DNA from: Actinomycetota bacterium
GTDB lineage: Bacteria > Actinomycetota > Acidimicrobiia > IMCC26256 > PALSA-610
Reading direction: 5' to 3'
Assembly: GCA_003134555.1 (NCBI GenBank)
Contig: PLBO01000070.1
Coordinates: 99,226 to 163,225 of the forward strand
Length of the DNA stretch: 64,000 nt
A program made the position numbers and the translations under genes. Position 1 is the stretch's first letter. Every line of letters begins with the position of its first letter. The notes beneath the pieces were generated by a model. The model was not told where the DNA came from, made no database searches, and worked only from the letters and a program-made list of their open reading frames with translations. Shown piece after piece: positions 17,536 through 27,375 of this stretch.

Positions 17536-19742
17536 CGCTTCACCACCAATGCGTCGAGTGCCACCGCGCCGCGGGGCCGTACCACCAGGGGATTGATGTC
17601 GAGCTCACGGATGTCGCCGGCGAGATCCAGCGCGAGTCTCTGCACCTTCATCACCGTATCGACCAACGCGTCGATGTCGACTCCAGGTCGACCGCGCACG
17701 CCCTCCAACAGCTTGAAGCCCTTCAACTCCGCGAGAGCGCGGCGCGCTTCGTCTTCGTCGAACGGTGGGACCCGGAAGGTCACGTCGCCGAACACCTCGA
17801 CGAAGATGCCGCCGAGCCCGACCGTGACCACCGGCCCGAACAGCTCGTCGGTCGAGACGCCGACGAGCATGTCGACGCCGCCGGTCACCATCTCGCACAC
17901 CATCACTCCGTCGATGCGCGCGCGGCCATCGGCCTTCGCGGCCTTGCGCAAGAGCTCGTCGTACGCGGCGCGCACCTCGGTGGCCGACGAAACGCCGACC
18001 TTCACGACCCCGACATCGGTCTTGTGCAAAAGGTCGGGCGACGACACTTTCATCACGACGGGGAATCCGATCTTCTTGGCCGCGCGCACCGCCTCGGCCG
18101 GCGTTGCGCAGAGCTCGTCCTTCGACGTCTTGATGCCGTAGGCGCGGATGAGCTTCTTCGAGCTCCACTCCGACAGCGCCTCGCCGGGCTCCAATCCGTC
18201 GAGGAGCTTGCGGGCTTTGCGGGCGGCCGGCAACGGCTCGCGGGGCGCGTCGGCGAACGGAGACCGATATCGATCGGAGAACGTCCAGTAGTCGGCGTAG
18301 CTCTTCACCGCGGCTACACAGTTGTGGAACGTGCGGAACACCGGCAGGTCGCCGTCGAGCAGACGCTTGTAGTAGGTGTCGTCGGTTCCCGCGGGCGCAC
18401 CCCACACGACGAAGACGGGCTTCGTCGTACTCCTCGCGGCTTCGATGATGTCGCGCGTGAACGGCTCGCTGAACGTCACGACCGCGCCGGTGATCGGGAT
18501 CACGAGGATGTCGACGTTGTTGTCGGCGAGGATCACGTCGAGGATCTTGCGGCCGCGAGCGTCCGCGACCGGCGGACCACCGCAGTCGACCGGATTCGAC
18601 ACGCGCAGATACGCGGGAATGAGCTCGTCGTGCAGTTGCCGCTGCGATTCCTTGGCGAGATCGGGCAGCTGCAAGCCGGCGTCGGCGAGCACGTCGGCCA
18701 TGTGCGCGCCGGTGCCGCCCGAGATCGCGTACACACACACGCCCGGCTGCTTCTTCGAACGTGCCCAGTCGGGCGGCTGGGGCGGACGCGTGCGCGCGAA
18801 CGCCATCGACACCTCGAGCAGTTCGTCGAGTCCGTCGACGCGGGTGATGCCGAACTGGCGAAATACCGCCGAGGTCACGGCGTCGGACCCGGTGAGGTGG
18901 CCGGTGTGTGACTGCGCCATCGACCGGCCCGCCTCGGTCTTGCCGACCTTCACGATCACGATCGGCTTGCGCAGCTTCGCCGCGTGGTCGGCCGCGAGCA
19001 TCAGCGTGCGACCGTCCTTGAAGCCCTCGATGTAGCAGGCGATCACCCCGACCTCGGATTGCTCGGCGAAGTGCCGGGCGAAGTCGGCGAATTCCAGGTC
19101 GACTTCGTTGCCCGTCGGGGCCCAATGCGTGAGCCGGATGCCCACCTCCTGGCCCTGGAACACGGGGCGGCCCTGGTGGCCGGATTGCGTGATCAGCGCG
19201 ATCGACGGCCCGTCGAGATCCGCGCGGAACTCCTCGAACGCGTTGAGGTTCGTGTTGGGGCCGAGCAGCCGCACATCGCCGCTGCGCACGAGCTCCTCGA
19301 GCCGGCGTTCGCGCTTCGCGCCCTCGGCGCCGGTCTCGGAGAAACCGGCCGCGAAGATCACCGCGAACTTGGCCTGGCGCCGCAGCACCTCTTCGAAGGT
19401 CTCCTCGGCGCGACCGGTGAGGATGATCGCGAGGTCGATGTCGCCCGGGATGTCGAACACCGACTTGAAACAGGGATGCCCGAGCACGGTCTCGCGCTCC
19501 GGGTGCACGGGATAGAACGTCGCGCCGTTCTGCTCCGACCATTGCGCGAATTTGCGTGTCATCGCGCTGTTCGGTTTGGCGGGCTGCTCCGACGCGCCGA
19601 TCAGGGCGATGGTCTTGGGGTGCAGGAACGCGCCGATGTCGACGTCGCGCAGGTGCAGCGCGCGTCCCGACACGTCGACGTCGAGCGCGTCGCCATCTGG
19701 CGCGGCGGACGGCGAAGCAGCGGACGGCGACGACTTGGACAT
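17532..19742 (-). CDS. ADP(NDP)-forming acetyl/acyl-CoA synthetase, fused alpha-beta (CoA-binding + ligase-CoA + ATP-grasp)
   Basis: The track ORF 17532..21020 is over-extended. ATG 19742 (MSKSSPSAASPS...). Contains KTIALIGASEQP (CoA-binding), LLGPNTNLN, TGHLTGSD (phospho-His loop-like), and a C-terminal ATP-grasp region (GFPVVMKV..., VGLGGIFVEV). No C-terminal GNAT domain. Confidence 0.85.
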   Translation of the reverse strand: MSKSSPSAASPSAAPDGDALDVDVSGRALHLRDVDIGAFLHPKTIALIGASEQPAKPNSAMTRKFAQWSEQNGATFYPVHPERETVLGHPCFKSVFDIPGDIDLAIILTGRAEETFEEVLRRQAKFAVIFAAGFSETGAEGAKRERRLEELVRSGDVRLLGPNTNLNAFEEFRADLDGPSIALITQSGHQGRPVFQGQEVGIRLTHWAPTGNEVDLEFADFARHFAEQSEVGVIACYIEGFKDGRTLMLAADHAAKLRKPIVIVKVGKTEAGRSMAQSHTGHLTGSDAVTSAVFRQFGITRVDGLDELLEVSMAFARTRPPQPPDWARSKKQPGVCVYAISGGTGAHMADVLADAGLQLPDLAKESQRQLHDELIPAYLRVSNPVDCGGPPVADARGRKILDVILADNNVDILVIPITGAVVTFSEPFTRDIIEAARSTTKPVFVVWGAPAGTDDTYYKRLLDGDLPVFRTFHNCVAAVKSYADYWTFSDRYRSPFADAPREPLPAARKARKLLDGLEPGEALSEWSSKKLIRAYGIKTSKDELCATPAEAVRAAKKIGFPVVMKVSSPDLLHKTDVGVVKVGVSSATEVRAAYDELLRKAAKADGRARIDGVMVCEMVTGGVDMLVGVSTDELFGPVVTVGLGGIFVEVFGDVTFRVPPFDEDEARRALAELKGFKLLEGVRGRPGVDIDALVDTVMKVQRLALDLAGDIRELDINPLVVRPRGAVALDALVVKR

Positions 19743-19829
19743 GCGGTGACTCCACGAGGGGGGCGGGCGAGCGGCCGTAAGTATGACGGCCATGTCAGGA
19801 TTCCGGCCAGTTGGTAGGTTCGACGGGGC

Positions 19830-21023
19830 ATGCGGACTGTGGCGATCGTCGGGACCTCGCTCGCCGGATTGCGCGCCGCGGAGACATTTCGGCGCGAGGG
19901 GTTCGACGGCCGCATCGTCGCGATCGGTGCCGAGCCGCACCTGCCGTACGACCGTCCGCCGCTCTCGAAGGAACTGTTGCGCGGCGACTGGGAGCCCGAC
20001 CAACTCGTGCTGCGCAAGCAGGGTGTCGACGATCTCGACCTCGACTGGCGCCTCGACGCGCGCGCGGTCGCGCTCCACACCGAGGCGCGCGAGGTCGAGC
20101 TGCACGACGGCGAGCGCGTCGCGTTCGACGGATTGGTGATCGCGACCGGCGCTTCGCCGCGCCGGCTCGCGAACCAACCGAATCTCGCCGGCCTGTTCAC
20201 GTTGCGAACACTCGACGACGCGCTCGCGTTGCGCGAGCTGCTCGATGCTCGACCGAAGGTGGTCGTCATCGGTGCCGGGTTCATCGGCGCCGAGATCGCG
20301 GCAACGTGCCGCGCTCGGCACCTCGAGGTAACCGTGCTCGAGATGTTGCCGCAGCCGATGGTGCGCGGGCTCGGCCCCGAGCTGGGCGCAGTACTGGCCG
20401 CGATCCACCGCGATCACGGCGTCGACCTCCGCACGGGCGTGCAGGTCGACGCGATCGAGGACGATGGCGCCGGGCAGGTTCGTGGCGTTCTTCTCGGTGA
20501 CGACTCGGTCGTCGCGGCCGACGTAGTGGTCGTCGGTGTCGGCGTCGTTCCGGAGACGGCGTGGCTGGACGGATCGGGGCTCACGATCGACAACGGTGTG
20601 GTGTGCGACCAGACGTGCCTGGCGGCCCCGGGGATCGTGGCCGCGGGCGACGTCGCCCGGTGGCCGAACGCGCTGTTCGACGGCGAGCGGATGCGGCTCG
20701 AACATTGGACGAACGCCACGGAGCAGGGCGTGCACGCCGCTCGCCGGCTCCTCGGGCACGAGGAACCGTTCGCGCCGGTGCCGTTCGTCTGGTCGGATCA
20801 GTACGACCGCAAGATCCAGACCGTAGGCGTGGTCTCGGCCGACGCCGACGTCTGTGTCGCACACGGGACGCTCGACGAGCGTCAGTTCGTCGCGCTGTTC
20901 GGCCGCGGCGGCCGGCTGCTCGGTGCGCTCGGCTTCAACCGGCCGCGGTTCGTCATGCAATATCGCCGGATGATCGCGGAGCGCGCGTCGTGGGACGACG
21001 CTCTGAAGCTCGCCAACCAATGA
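19830..21023 (+). CDS. FAD/NAD(P)-dependent ferredoxin reductase-type oxidoreductase
   Basis: 397 aa. Motifs VAIVGTSLAGLRAAE, YDRPPLSK, VVVIGAGFIGAEIAA, AAGDVA. Confidence 0.85.
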   Translation: MRTVAIVGTSLAGLRAAETFRREGFDGRIVAIGAEPHLPYDRPPLSKELLRGDWEPDQLVLRKQGVDDLDLDWRLDARAVALHTEAREVELHDGERVAFDGLVIATGASPRRLANQPNLAGLFTLRTLDDALALRELLDARPKVVVIGAGFIGAEIAATCRARHLEVTVLEMLPQPMVRGLGPELGAVLAAIHRDHGVDLRTGVQVDAIEDDGAGQVRGVLLGDDSVVAADVVVVGVGVVPETAWLDGSGLTIDNGVVCDQTCLAAPGIVAAGDVARWPNALFDGERMRLEHWTNATEQGVHAARRLLGHEEPFAPVPFVWSDQYDRKIQTVGVVSADADVCVAHGTLDERQFVALFGRGGRLLGALGFNRPRFVMQYRRMIAERASWDDALKLANQ

Positions 21024-22165
21024 CGGAACCGGCCTCCATGTCGACGCGGTTGCTGACGCCGCGCTTCTTCGTCGTGGTCTCCTCCGGTTTCTGCTATTTC
21101 CTGGCGCTCGCGATGCTCACTCCGGTGCTTCCGCACTACGTCGAGGACTCGCTCGGCGCCGGCAGCGTCGCGGTCGGTGTCGCCGTGGGCGCGTTCGCCG
21201 TCGGCGCGATCGCGCTGCGTACGTACGCCGGACGAGTCGGCGACCGCATCGGCCGCCGCGTGCTCATCATCGGCGGCGCGTTGATCGTGGCCGCGTCGAC
21301 GGTGGTGTACGGCGTCGTGCACGCGCTCTGGTGGCTCATTCTCATGCGCGTCGTGACCGGATTCGGTGAGGCGGGCTTCTTCGTCGGCGCGGCGACGATG
21401 ATCACCGACCTGTCGCCGGTGGAACGCAGGGGCGAGGCCGTTTCCTATTGGTCGGTCGCGGTGTACGGCGGGCTTTCGTTCGGTCCCGCGCTCGGCGAGT
21501 ACTTGCGCGGGACTTCGCGCTACGAGCTCACGTTCGTGGTCTCGGCGTCGTTGGCGCTGGCGGCTGCCCTCGTCGGCCTCTTCACCGTCGAGGTTCCCCG
21601 CGAGATAACCGAACCGCCGTCGAAGCACCTGCTGCACCGCGCGGCCATCAAGCCCGGCTCGGTGTTGTTCCTCGGGCTCATCCCGCTCGCGGGGTTCAGC
21701 GCGTTCATGCCGCTGTATGCGACACACCAGCTCCACATCGACTCCGGGCCGATCTTCCTGCTCTACGGGATCTTGATCCTCATGGTGCGGATCGTCGGCG
21801 CGCGTGTGCCCGACCGTCTCGGCGGCCGCGACGCGGGTGCGGTGGCGCTCGCGCTCGCCGCCCTCGGGATCGGCATAGTCGCCGCGTGGCCCACGGTCCT
21901 GGGACTCGTCGTCGGCACGGTGGTCCTGGCCGCCGGCATGTCGTTGATGTACCCGGCACTGTTGTTGCTCGCGCTCGTAGGCATCGGCGACGCCGACCGG
22001 GCGGCGGTGGTGGGCACGTTCTCGTCGTTCTTCGACGCGTCGCAAGGCGTCGGCGCGTTCGTCTGCGGTGCCGTCGTCGCCGTCTCGGGCAATCGCGGCG
22101 CGTTCACGACCGGCGCGGTCAGCGCCGTGCTCGGACTGATCCTGTTGCGCGCCCGTAGCTCGTAG
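21020..22165 (+). CDS. MFS transporter
   Basis: ATG 21020 overlaps the upstream TGA (ATGA). About 12 hydrophobic segments. GRVGDRIGRR is the MFS loop 2-3 motif. Confidence 0.8.
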   Translation: MTEPASMSTRLLTPRFFVVVSSGFCYFLALAMLTPVLPHYVEDSLGAGSVAVGVAVGAFAVGAIALRTYAGRVGDRIGRRVLIIGGALIVAASTVVYGVVHALWWLILMRVVTGFGEAGFFVGAATMITDLSPVERRGEAVSYWSVAVYGGLSFGPALGEYLRGTSRYELTFVVSASLALAAALVGLFTVEVPREITEPPSKHLLHRAAIKPGSVLFLGLIPLAGFSAFMPLYATHQLHIDSGPIFLLYGILILMVRIVGARVPDRLGGRDAGAVALALAALGIGIVAAWPTVLGLVVGTVVLAAGMSLMYPALLLLALVGIGDADRAAVVGTFSSFFDASQGVGAFVCGAVVAVSGNRGAFTTGAVSAVLGLILLRARSS

Positions 22166-22176
22166 CATCCGCGGCG

Positions 22177-23310
22177 ATGCCGAGCTTGTTGGTCACGAAC
22201 GACTTTCCGCCGAAGCTCGGTGGCATCCAGTCGTATCTCCACGAGCTGTGGCGGCGGCTTCCGCCCGACGAAACGACCGTGCTCACGACTCCGCACGCGG
22301 GCGCGGCCGCGTGGGACGCGCAACAACCGTTCCGGGTCGTGCGCGCCCGGCAGAAGGTGCTGCTCCCTACTCCGGCGCTGAGGCGTGACGTCGACGCGCT
22401 GGCCCGTGAAGTCCAGGCCGATGTGATCTTCCTCGATCCCATGCTGCCGCTCGGTCTGATCGGACCGCGACTGCGCAGCGCGCCCTACGTCGTCATCGCG
22501 CACGGCGCCGAGATCACGGTTCCCGCGACCATCCCGGGGCTCCGGTCGCGCGGCCGGAGGATCGTGCGCGGCGCCGCCGCGGTTGTTGCGGCCGGGGGCT
22601 ATCCGGCGCGCCAGGCGGTGCGCGTCGCGGGCTGCGAACTGCGCGGGGTGATCGTGCCGCCCGGTGTCGACGGCGAACGGTTCCAACCGCTCGACGACGA
22701 CGCGCGATCCGCGGCACGCATGCGCTTCGGCCTCGATCCCTCGCGTCCACTGGTGTTGGGGCTGTCGCGGCTCGTGCCCCGCAAGGGGTTCGACGTGGTC
22801 ATCGACGCGGTCGCGGGAATGCCCGGAGTTCAGCTTGCGATCGCGGGCGCGGGTCGCGATCGTGCTCGCCTGGAGCGCCGGGCCCGCCGCCGCGATGCGA
22901 GCGTCCGCTTTGTCGGGCGAGTGTCGGAAGCCGATCTCCCGAGTCTCTACGCCTGCGCCGACGCGTTCGCGATGTGCTGTCGCGACCGTTGGGGCGGCAT
23001 CGAGGCCGAGGGGTTCGGCATCGTGTTTCTCGAGGCCGCCGCGTGCGGAGTGCCCGCCGTCGCCGGACGGAGCGGCGGTGCGCACGAAGCCGTGGTCGCG
23101 GGGGAGACGGGATACGTCGTCGAGCCGCGTGACGTGGGCGCGGTGCGGTCGGCGCTCCGCGAGTTGTGTGACGATCCGCAGCGGCGTTCCCGCATGGGGC
23201 GAGCCGCACGCGAGCGTGCGGTGGGGGAGTACTCGTACGACCGCGTTGTCGCCCGCCTGTTGCCAATTGCCCGGGGTAATTTCTCGGTTGCCGTGGCCCT
23301 CCCTCGGTGA
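22177..23310 (+). CDS. GT4 family glycosyltransferase, PimB-like mannosyltransferase
   Basis: 377 aa. The N-terminus LLVTNDFPPKLGGIQSYLHEL resembles mycobacterial PimB-type enzymes. C-terminal EGFGIVFLEAAACGVPAVAG is the GT4 motif. Confidence 0.85.
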   Translation: MPSLLVTNDFPPKLGGIQSYLHELWRRLPPDETTVLTTPHAGAAAWDAQQPFRVVRARQKVLLPTPALRRDVDALAREVQADVIFLDPMLPLGLIGPRLRSAPYVVIAHGAEITVPATIPGLRSRGRRIVRGAAAVVAAGGYPARQAVRVAGCELRGVIVPPGVDGERFQPLDDDARSAARMRFGLDPSRPLVLGLSRLVPRKGFDVVIDAVAGMPGVQLAIAGAGRDRARLERRARRRDASVRFVGRVSEADLPSLYACADAFAMCCRDRWGGIEAEGFGIVFLEAAACGVPAVAGRSGGAHEAVVAGETGYVVEPRDVGAVRSALRELCDDPQRRSRMGRAARERAVGEYSYDRVVARLLPIARGNFSVAVALPR

Positions 23311-23786
23311 CCCGTTCTTCGCCCGGAGATTTGTCGTCCCGGTACATTGGCGGGGTGCCCGGGAAGGCGATCGTTGTCGCGTCGTGGTCGATGCTCGGAG
23401 TCTTCGCGATGGTCGCGATCGCCGACGCGGCCGGTCTCCACGCTCTGAACACGCCGGCGACGATCGTGAGCGTCGCCTTGTTCCTCGCGTCGCTGCCGAT
23501 CTGGATCTACGCCTTCGGGCTCGCGCTCGTCCGATCCGCGCGCGGCGACGACATCGCGGTGAGCTCATGGGTGTTCCTCACCTCTTCGGCGCCCAAGGAG
23601 CGACGCGCCCAGTTGCTGGGAGCGACGGGCGTGTGCATCGTCGTGGCGCTCGCGACCGCGTGGGCGAACCCGTTCAGCGTGCTCGTGCCGATGTTTCCGC
23701 TGGGTTGCGCGGCGCTATGGGGCGCGCGGCACGGTGTCTACCCGGCCCGGCGGCCGCCGACCGTCATGAAGGGAGCGCGCCGATGA
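23307..23786 (+). CDS. Hypothetical integral membrane protein
   Basis: 159 aa with 4 predicted hydrophobic helices. The GTG start overlaps the upstream TGA. Confidence 0.55.
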   Translation: MTRSSPGDLSSRYIGGVPGKAIVVASWSMLGVFAMVAIADAAGLHALNTPATIVSVALFLASLPIWIYAFGLALVRSARGDDIAVSSWVFLTSSAPKERRAQLLGATGVCIVVALATAWANPFSVLVPMFPLGCAALWGARHGVYPARRPPTVMKGARR

Positions 23787-24226
23787 CCGAGACCGCGAAC
23801 GAGCGCATTCGTATCGAGGCGCCGGCCGGCCGTTGTTGGGACGTCGCGGTCGACTTCGAGTCGTACTCGGAGTGGGTGCGCGACGTGAAGGACGTGCGCA
23901 TCCTCGAACGCGACGAAGAGGGTCGCGGCCATCGCGTCGAATACCGGGCCGCCGCGCTCGGAAAGAGCGTCCGTTACGTGCTCGAGTACGACTACTCCGA
24001 GGCGCCGCGTGCGTTCTCGTGGAAGTTCGTCGAAGGCGACACGTTGCGCCGCCTCGACGGCAGTTACCGGTTCGACCCCGATGGTCCGGCGTCGACGCGC
24101 GTGCATTACGAGCTCGCGGTCGAGCTGGCCGTACCACTCCCGGGGCTGGTCAAGCGCCGGGCCGCGGGTTTGATCATGGGCAGCGCCTTGAAAGAATTGA
24201 AAAGGCAAGTAGAGGCCGTCGCTTGA
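23783..24226 (+). CDS. SRPBCC (polyketide cyclase/dehydrase-like) family protein
   Basis: ATG 23783 overlaps the upstream TGA. IRIEAPAGRCWDVAVDFESYSEW... is typical of the SRPBCC fold. Confidence 0.75.
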   Translation: MTETANERIRIEAPAGRCWDVAVDFESYSEWVRDVKDVRILERDEEGRGHRVEYRAAALGKSVRYVLEYDYSEAPRAFSWKFVEGDTLRRLDGSYRFDPDGPASTRVHYELAVELAVPLPGLVKRRAAGLIMGSALKELKRQVEAVA

Positions 24227-24250
24227 CCGCGGCGGTAGCCTCGCCGCCTG

Positions 24251-25411
24251 ATGCGCATTCTCTTGTTCACCGGCAAAGGCGGCGTCGGCAAGACGACGGT
24301 GGCCGCGGCGACGGCGACGCGCGCGGCCGAGCACGGGTTGCGCACCATCGTGTGCTCGACCGATCCGGCACACTCGCTCGCCGACGCGTTCGACGCCCCC
24401 CTCGGTGATCGCCCCACGCCGATCGCGCACCGGCTCTTCGGCCAGCAGCTGAACGCGCGGATTCGGTTCGAAGAAGCCTGGGACGACGTCCGCTCGTATC
24501 TCGTCGACGTGCTCGACTGGGCCGGCGCCGGCGCGGTCGAAGCCGAGGAGCTCGCGGTGATCCCCGGACTCGACGAGGTGTTCGCGCTCGCCGACATCAA
24601 GGAATTCGCGACGAGCGGCGACTACGACCTCGTCGTCGTCGACTGCGCACCGACGGCCGAGACGATCCGCCTGCTCTCGCTGCCCGACGTCCTCGGTTGG
24701 TACATGGAGCGGATGTTCGACACCCAGCGCCGGTTGACGCGCATCGCCCGACCGATCCTGCAGCGCGTCTCGGGGATTCCGATCGCGGCCGACGGCGTGT
24801 TCGACGCGGTTCGCCGGTTCTACGACCGCCTCGACGGCGTGCGCGAGCTCCTGACCGACGGCGACATCACGAGCGCGCGACTCGTCGTCAACCCCGAGCG
24901 GCTCGTGGTGGCCGAGGCGCGGCGCACGTTCACGTACCTCTCGCTGTTCGGTTACCACGTCGACGCGGTGATCGCGAACCGCATCCTGCCGGCGGAGCTC
25001 GACCATCCCTGGCTGACGCAATGGCGGGCGACGCAAGCGGCGCACCTCGACGTGATCGCCGACGCGTTCGCGCCGCTTCCGCTGCTTGCGGCCGAGCTCG
25101 CGAACGAGGAGATCGTCGGCATGCCGGCGTTGTCGATCTTCGCCAAGAACCTCTACGGCGAGGCCGACGCCGCGGCCCGGCTCTCGCACACCGAGCCGTT
25201 CCAGGTCGACGCCTCGGGCGACGCTCTGCTCTTGTCGGTGCAGCTTCCCTTCACCGAGCGGGACGAAGTCCGGCTCGGCCGCACCGGCGACGAGCTCGTG
25301 CTGACGGTCGGACCGCACCGGCGCGCGCTCGTGCTGCCCGACAGTCTCGTTCGTCGTGACGTCGCGGGCGCGCGCTTCGTCGACGATCGCCTGGTCGTGG
25401 AGTTCGTCTGA
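24251..25411 (+). CDS. ArsA/Get3-family ATPase with HSP20-like C-terminal domain
   Basis: 386 aa. Deviant Walker A FTGKGGVGKTT, then STDPAHSLADAF. The C-terminus FQVDASGDALLLSVQLPFTERDEVRLGRTGDELVLTV is an alpha-crystallin/CS-like beta sandwich. Confidence 0.85.
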   Translation: MRILLFTGKGGVGKTTVAAATATRAAEHGLRTIVCSTDPAHSLADAFDAPLGDRPTPIAHRLFGQQLNARIRFEEAWDDVRSYLVDVLDWAGAGAVEAEELAVIPGLDEVFALADIKEFATSGDYDLVVVDCAPTAETIRLLSLPDVLGWYMERMFDTQRRLTRIARPILQRVSGIPIAADGVFDAVRRFYDRLDGVRELLTDGDITSARLVVNPERLVVAEARRTFTYLSLFGYHVDAVIANRILPAELDHPWLTQWRATQAAHLDVIADAFAPLPLLAAELANEEIVGMPALSIFAKNLYGEADAAARLSHTEPFQVDASGDALLLSVQLPFTERDEVRLGRTGDELVLTVGPHRRALVLPDSLVRRDVAGARFVDDRLVVEFV

Positions 25412-25674
25412 TGGATGCGCACGATCCGCCCGGCGCGCCCGACGACGGCGACGCGGTCGATCATCTGTGGAACGCGGCGCACGAATTGCTCCGCGCGATG
25501 CGCACGCTGGTCGACGCGGCCGACGAGTTCGTCGAGTCACAACGAGAAGCGCGGCCGGCACGGGACACGCACGAGCCGCGCGAAGGGCGCGTGCATCACA
25601 TCGACATCGACGCGCGCCCGGGATCCGGCGCCCGATTCGAGACCGACACCGACGCCGGCGCCGACGCGTCGTAG
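25411..25674 (+). CDS. Hypothetical acidic 87-aa protein
   Basis: The ATG overlaps the ArsA-like TGA by 1 nt. Third codon positions are GC-rich. No recognisable motif. Confidence 0.4.
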   Translation: MDAHDPPGAPDDGDAVDHLWNAAHELLRAMRTLVDAADEFVESQREARPARDTHEPREGRVHHIDIDARPGSGARFETDTDAGADAS

Positions 25675-25680
25675 CTCGGC

Positions 25681-26619
25681 ATGGTGCCCACGATCGGACT
25701 CGACATCGGCGGTACCAAGGTGCTCGGCGTGCTGCTCGCCGACGACGGCAAGGTGCTGCGCGAGGAACGCCTCGGCTCACCGCACACCGGACTCGACGCG
25801 CTGGTAGCGACCGGTGCGTCGATCGTGACCACGCTCGATTCCGCCGGCGCGCCGGTCGGCGTGGGCGCGGCCGGGCTCGTCGACCGTAACGGCGTCGTAC
25901 GGTACGCGCCGAACCTGCCGAACGTCCGCGACGCGCCGTTGCGCGATGCGCTCGCGCACGCGACGGGACACGTCGTCGCCGTCGACAACGACGCGAGCGT
26001 TGCGACGCTGGGCGAGGCAACTTACGGCGCGGCAGTCGGCAAGCGGCACGTGATGCTCGTGACGCTCGGTACCGGCATCGGCGGCGGCCTGCTGCTCGAC
26101 GGCCGGATGTACCGGGGCGCGCACAACTTCGGCGCGGAGTTCGGGCACTTCACCGTCGATCCCGCCGGGCCGTTGTGCGCGTGCGGTGAGCGGGGTCACT
26201 GGGAGTCGATTGCCTCGGGAACCGCGCTCGGCCGCATGGCCCGGGATCTCGTCGCGAGGGGCGGTGGCGCCGCGTTGGTGGCGGCCGCGGGCGGAGATCC
26301 GAGCGCGGTCACCGGCGCCAGCGTCGGCATCGCCGCAGCCCGGGGCGACGCCGACGCACGCGCGCTGCTGGTTCAGTACGCCGAGAACGTCGCGCTCGGG
26401 CTGGCGGGGCTCGCGAACATCCTGGATCCCGAGTGCATCGTGATCGCCGGCGGCCTCGTCGAGCTGGGCCCGTTGTTGTTCGGACCACTGCGCGAGGCCT
26501 TCGGCCGCCACATCGAAGGCGTCGACTACCGGCCGCCCGTCTCGATCGTCCCCGCGCAGCTCGGGGAGCGGGCGGGGGCCGTCGGCGCGGCCGTGCTGGC
26601 CCGGAGCCTGCTCCGGTGA
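25681..26619 (+). CDS. ROK family glucokinase
   Basis: 312 aa. Motifs GLDIGGTK and GAAGLVD, plus the zinc motif CACGERGHWE. Confidence 0.85.
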   Translation: MVPTIGLDIGGTKVLGVLLADDGKVLREERLGSPHTGLDALVATGASIVTTLDSAGAPVGVGAAGLVDRNGVVRYAPNLPNVRDAPLRDALAHATGHVVAVDNDASVATLGEATYGAAVGKRHVMLVTLGTGIGGGLLLDGRMYRGAHNFGAEFGHFTVDPAGPLCACGERGHWESIASGTALGRMARDLVARGGGAALVAAAGGDPSAVTGASVGIAAARGDADARALLVQYAENVALGLAGLANILDPECIVIAGGLVELGPLLFGPLREAFGRHIEGVDYRPPVSIVPAQLGERAGAVGAAVLARSLLR

Positions 26620-27368
26620 CCGTCCGCGTCGGCCTGACGCTCCCGTCGTTCGTCGAAGATCCCGAGATCCCGATCACGCTTGCGCGGGCCGCGGAGGCGG
26701 CCGAGCTCGACGGCGTGTTCGTGTACGACCATCTCTGGCGCGGCGACCCGCCGAATCGCCGGCCGGCGCTCGAATGCTTCGCGCTGCTCGGCGCGGTCGC
26801 GGCCGAAACCGAACGGGTGCGCGTGGGCACGCTCGTCGCGCGCGCGACATTGCGACCGGCTGCGACGCTCGCGAACTCGTTCTCCACCGCGCAACGGGTG
26901 AGCGGGGGTCGTCTGATCGCGGGGATCGGGGCGGGCGATTCGCAGAGCCGCGCCGAGAACGAGGCCTTCGGACTCGACTTCGGATCGATGGTCGATCGCG
27001 TGGACGCGCTGCACAACGCGGTGCGCGCGGCGGCGGGGAACGACTATCCGGTGTGGGTCGGCGGACGCGCGGCACAGGTCCGCGAGATCGTCACGATCGC
27101 CGACGGCTGGAACTCCTGGGATTCGGCGCCGGACCGATTCGCACATCAGGGCGCGCTCGTGCGCGAGATCTCGCCGCACGCGACGCTCACGTGGGGCGGA
27201 TTGGCTCGTCCGCTGGAGGAGGGCGCGACCGCCCTCGTCGCCCGACTCCGGCCGTACGTCGACTGCGGAGCCGCGTGGATCATCATCGGGCCCGTCGACT
27301 CGAGCAACCCCGCCAACCCGGCCGTAATCGGTGACGTGCGCGCGGCGCTCAACGCGGCGGCTTCCTGA
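26616..27368 (+). CDS. Luciferase-like monooxygenase (LLM) class, probably F420-dependent, oxidoreductase
   Basis: GTG 26616 overlaps the upstream TGA. VRVGLTLPSF...LDGVFVYDHL...RLIAGIGAGD shows the LLM TIM-barrel pattern. Confidence 0.75.
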   Translation: MTVRVGLTLPSFVEDPEIPITLARAAEAAELDGVFVYDHLWRGDPPNRRPALECFALLGAVAAETERVRVGTLVARATLRPAATLANSFSTAQRVSGGRLIAGIGAGDSQSRAENEAFGLDFGSMVDRVDALHNAVRAAAGNDYPVWVGGRAAQVREIVTIADGWNSWDSAPDRFAHQGALVREISPHATLTWGGLARPLEEGATALVARLRPYVDCGAAWIIIGPVDSSNPANPAVIGDVRAALNAAAS

Positions 27369-27375
27369 ACCGCGT

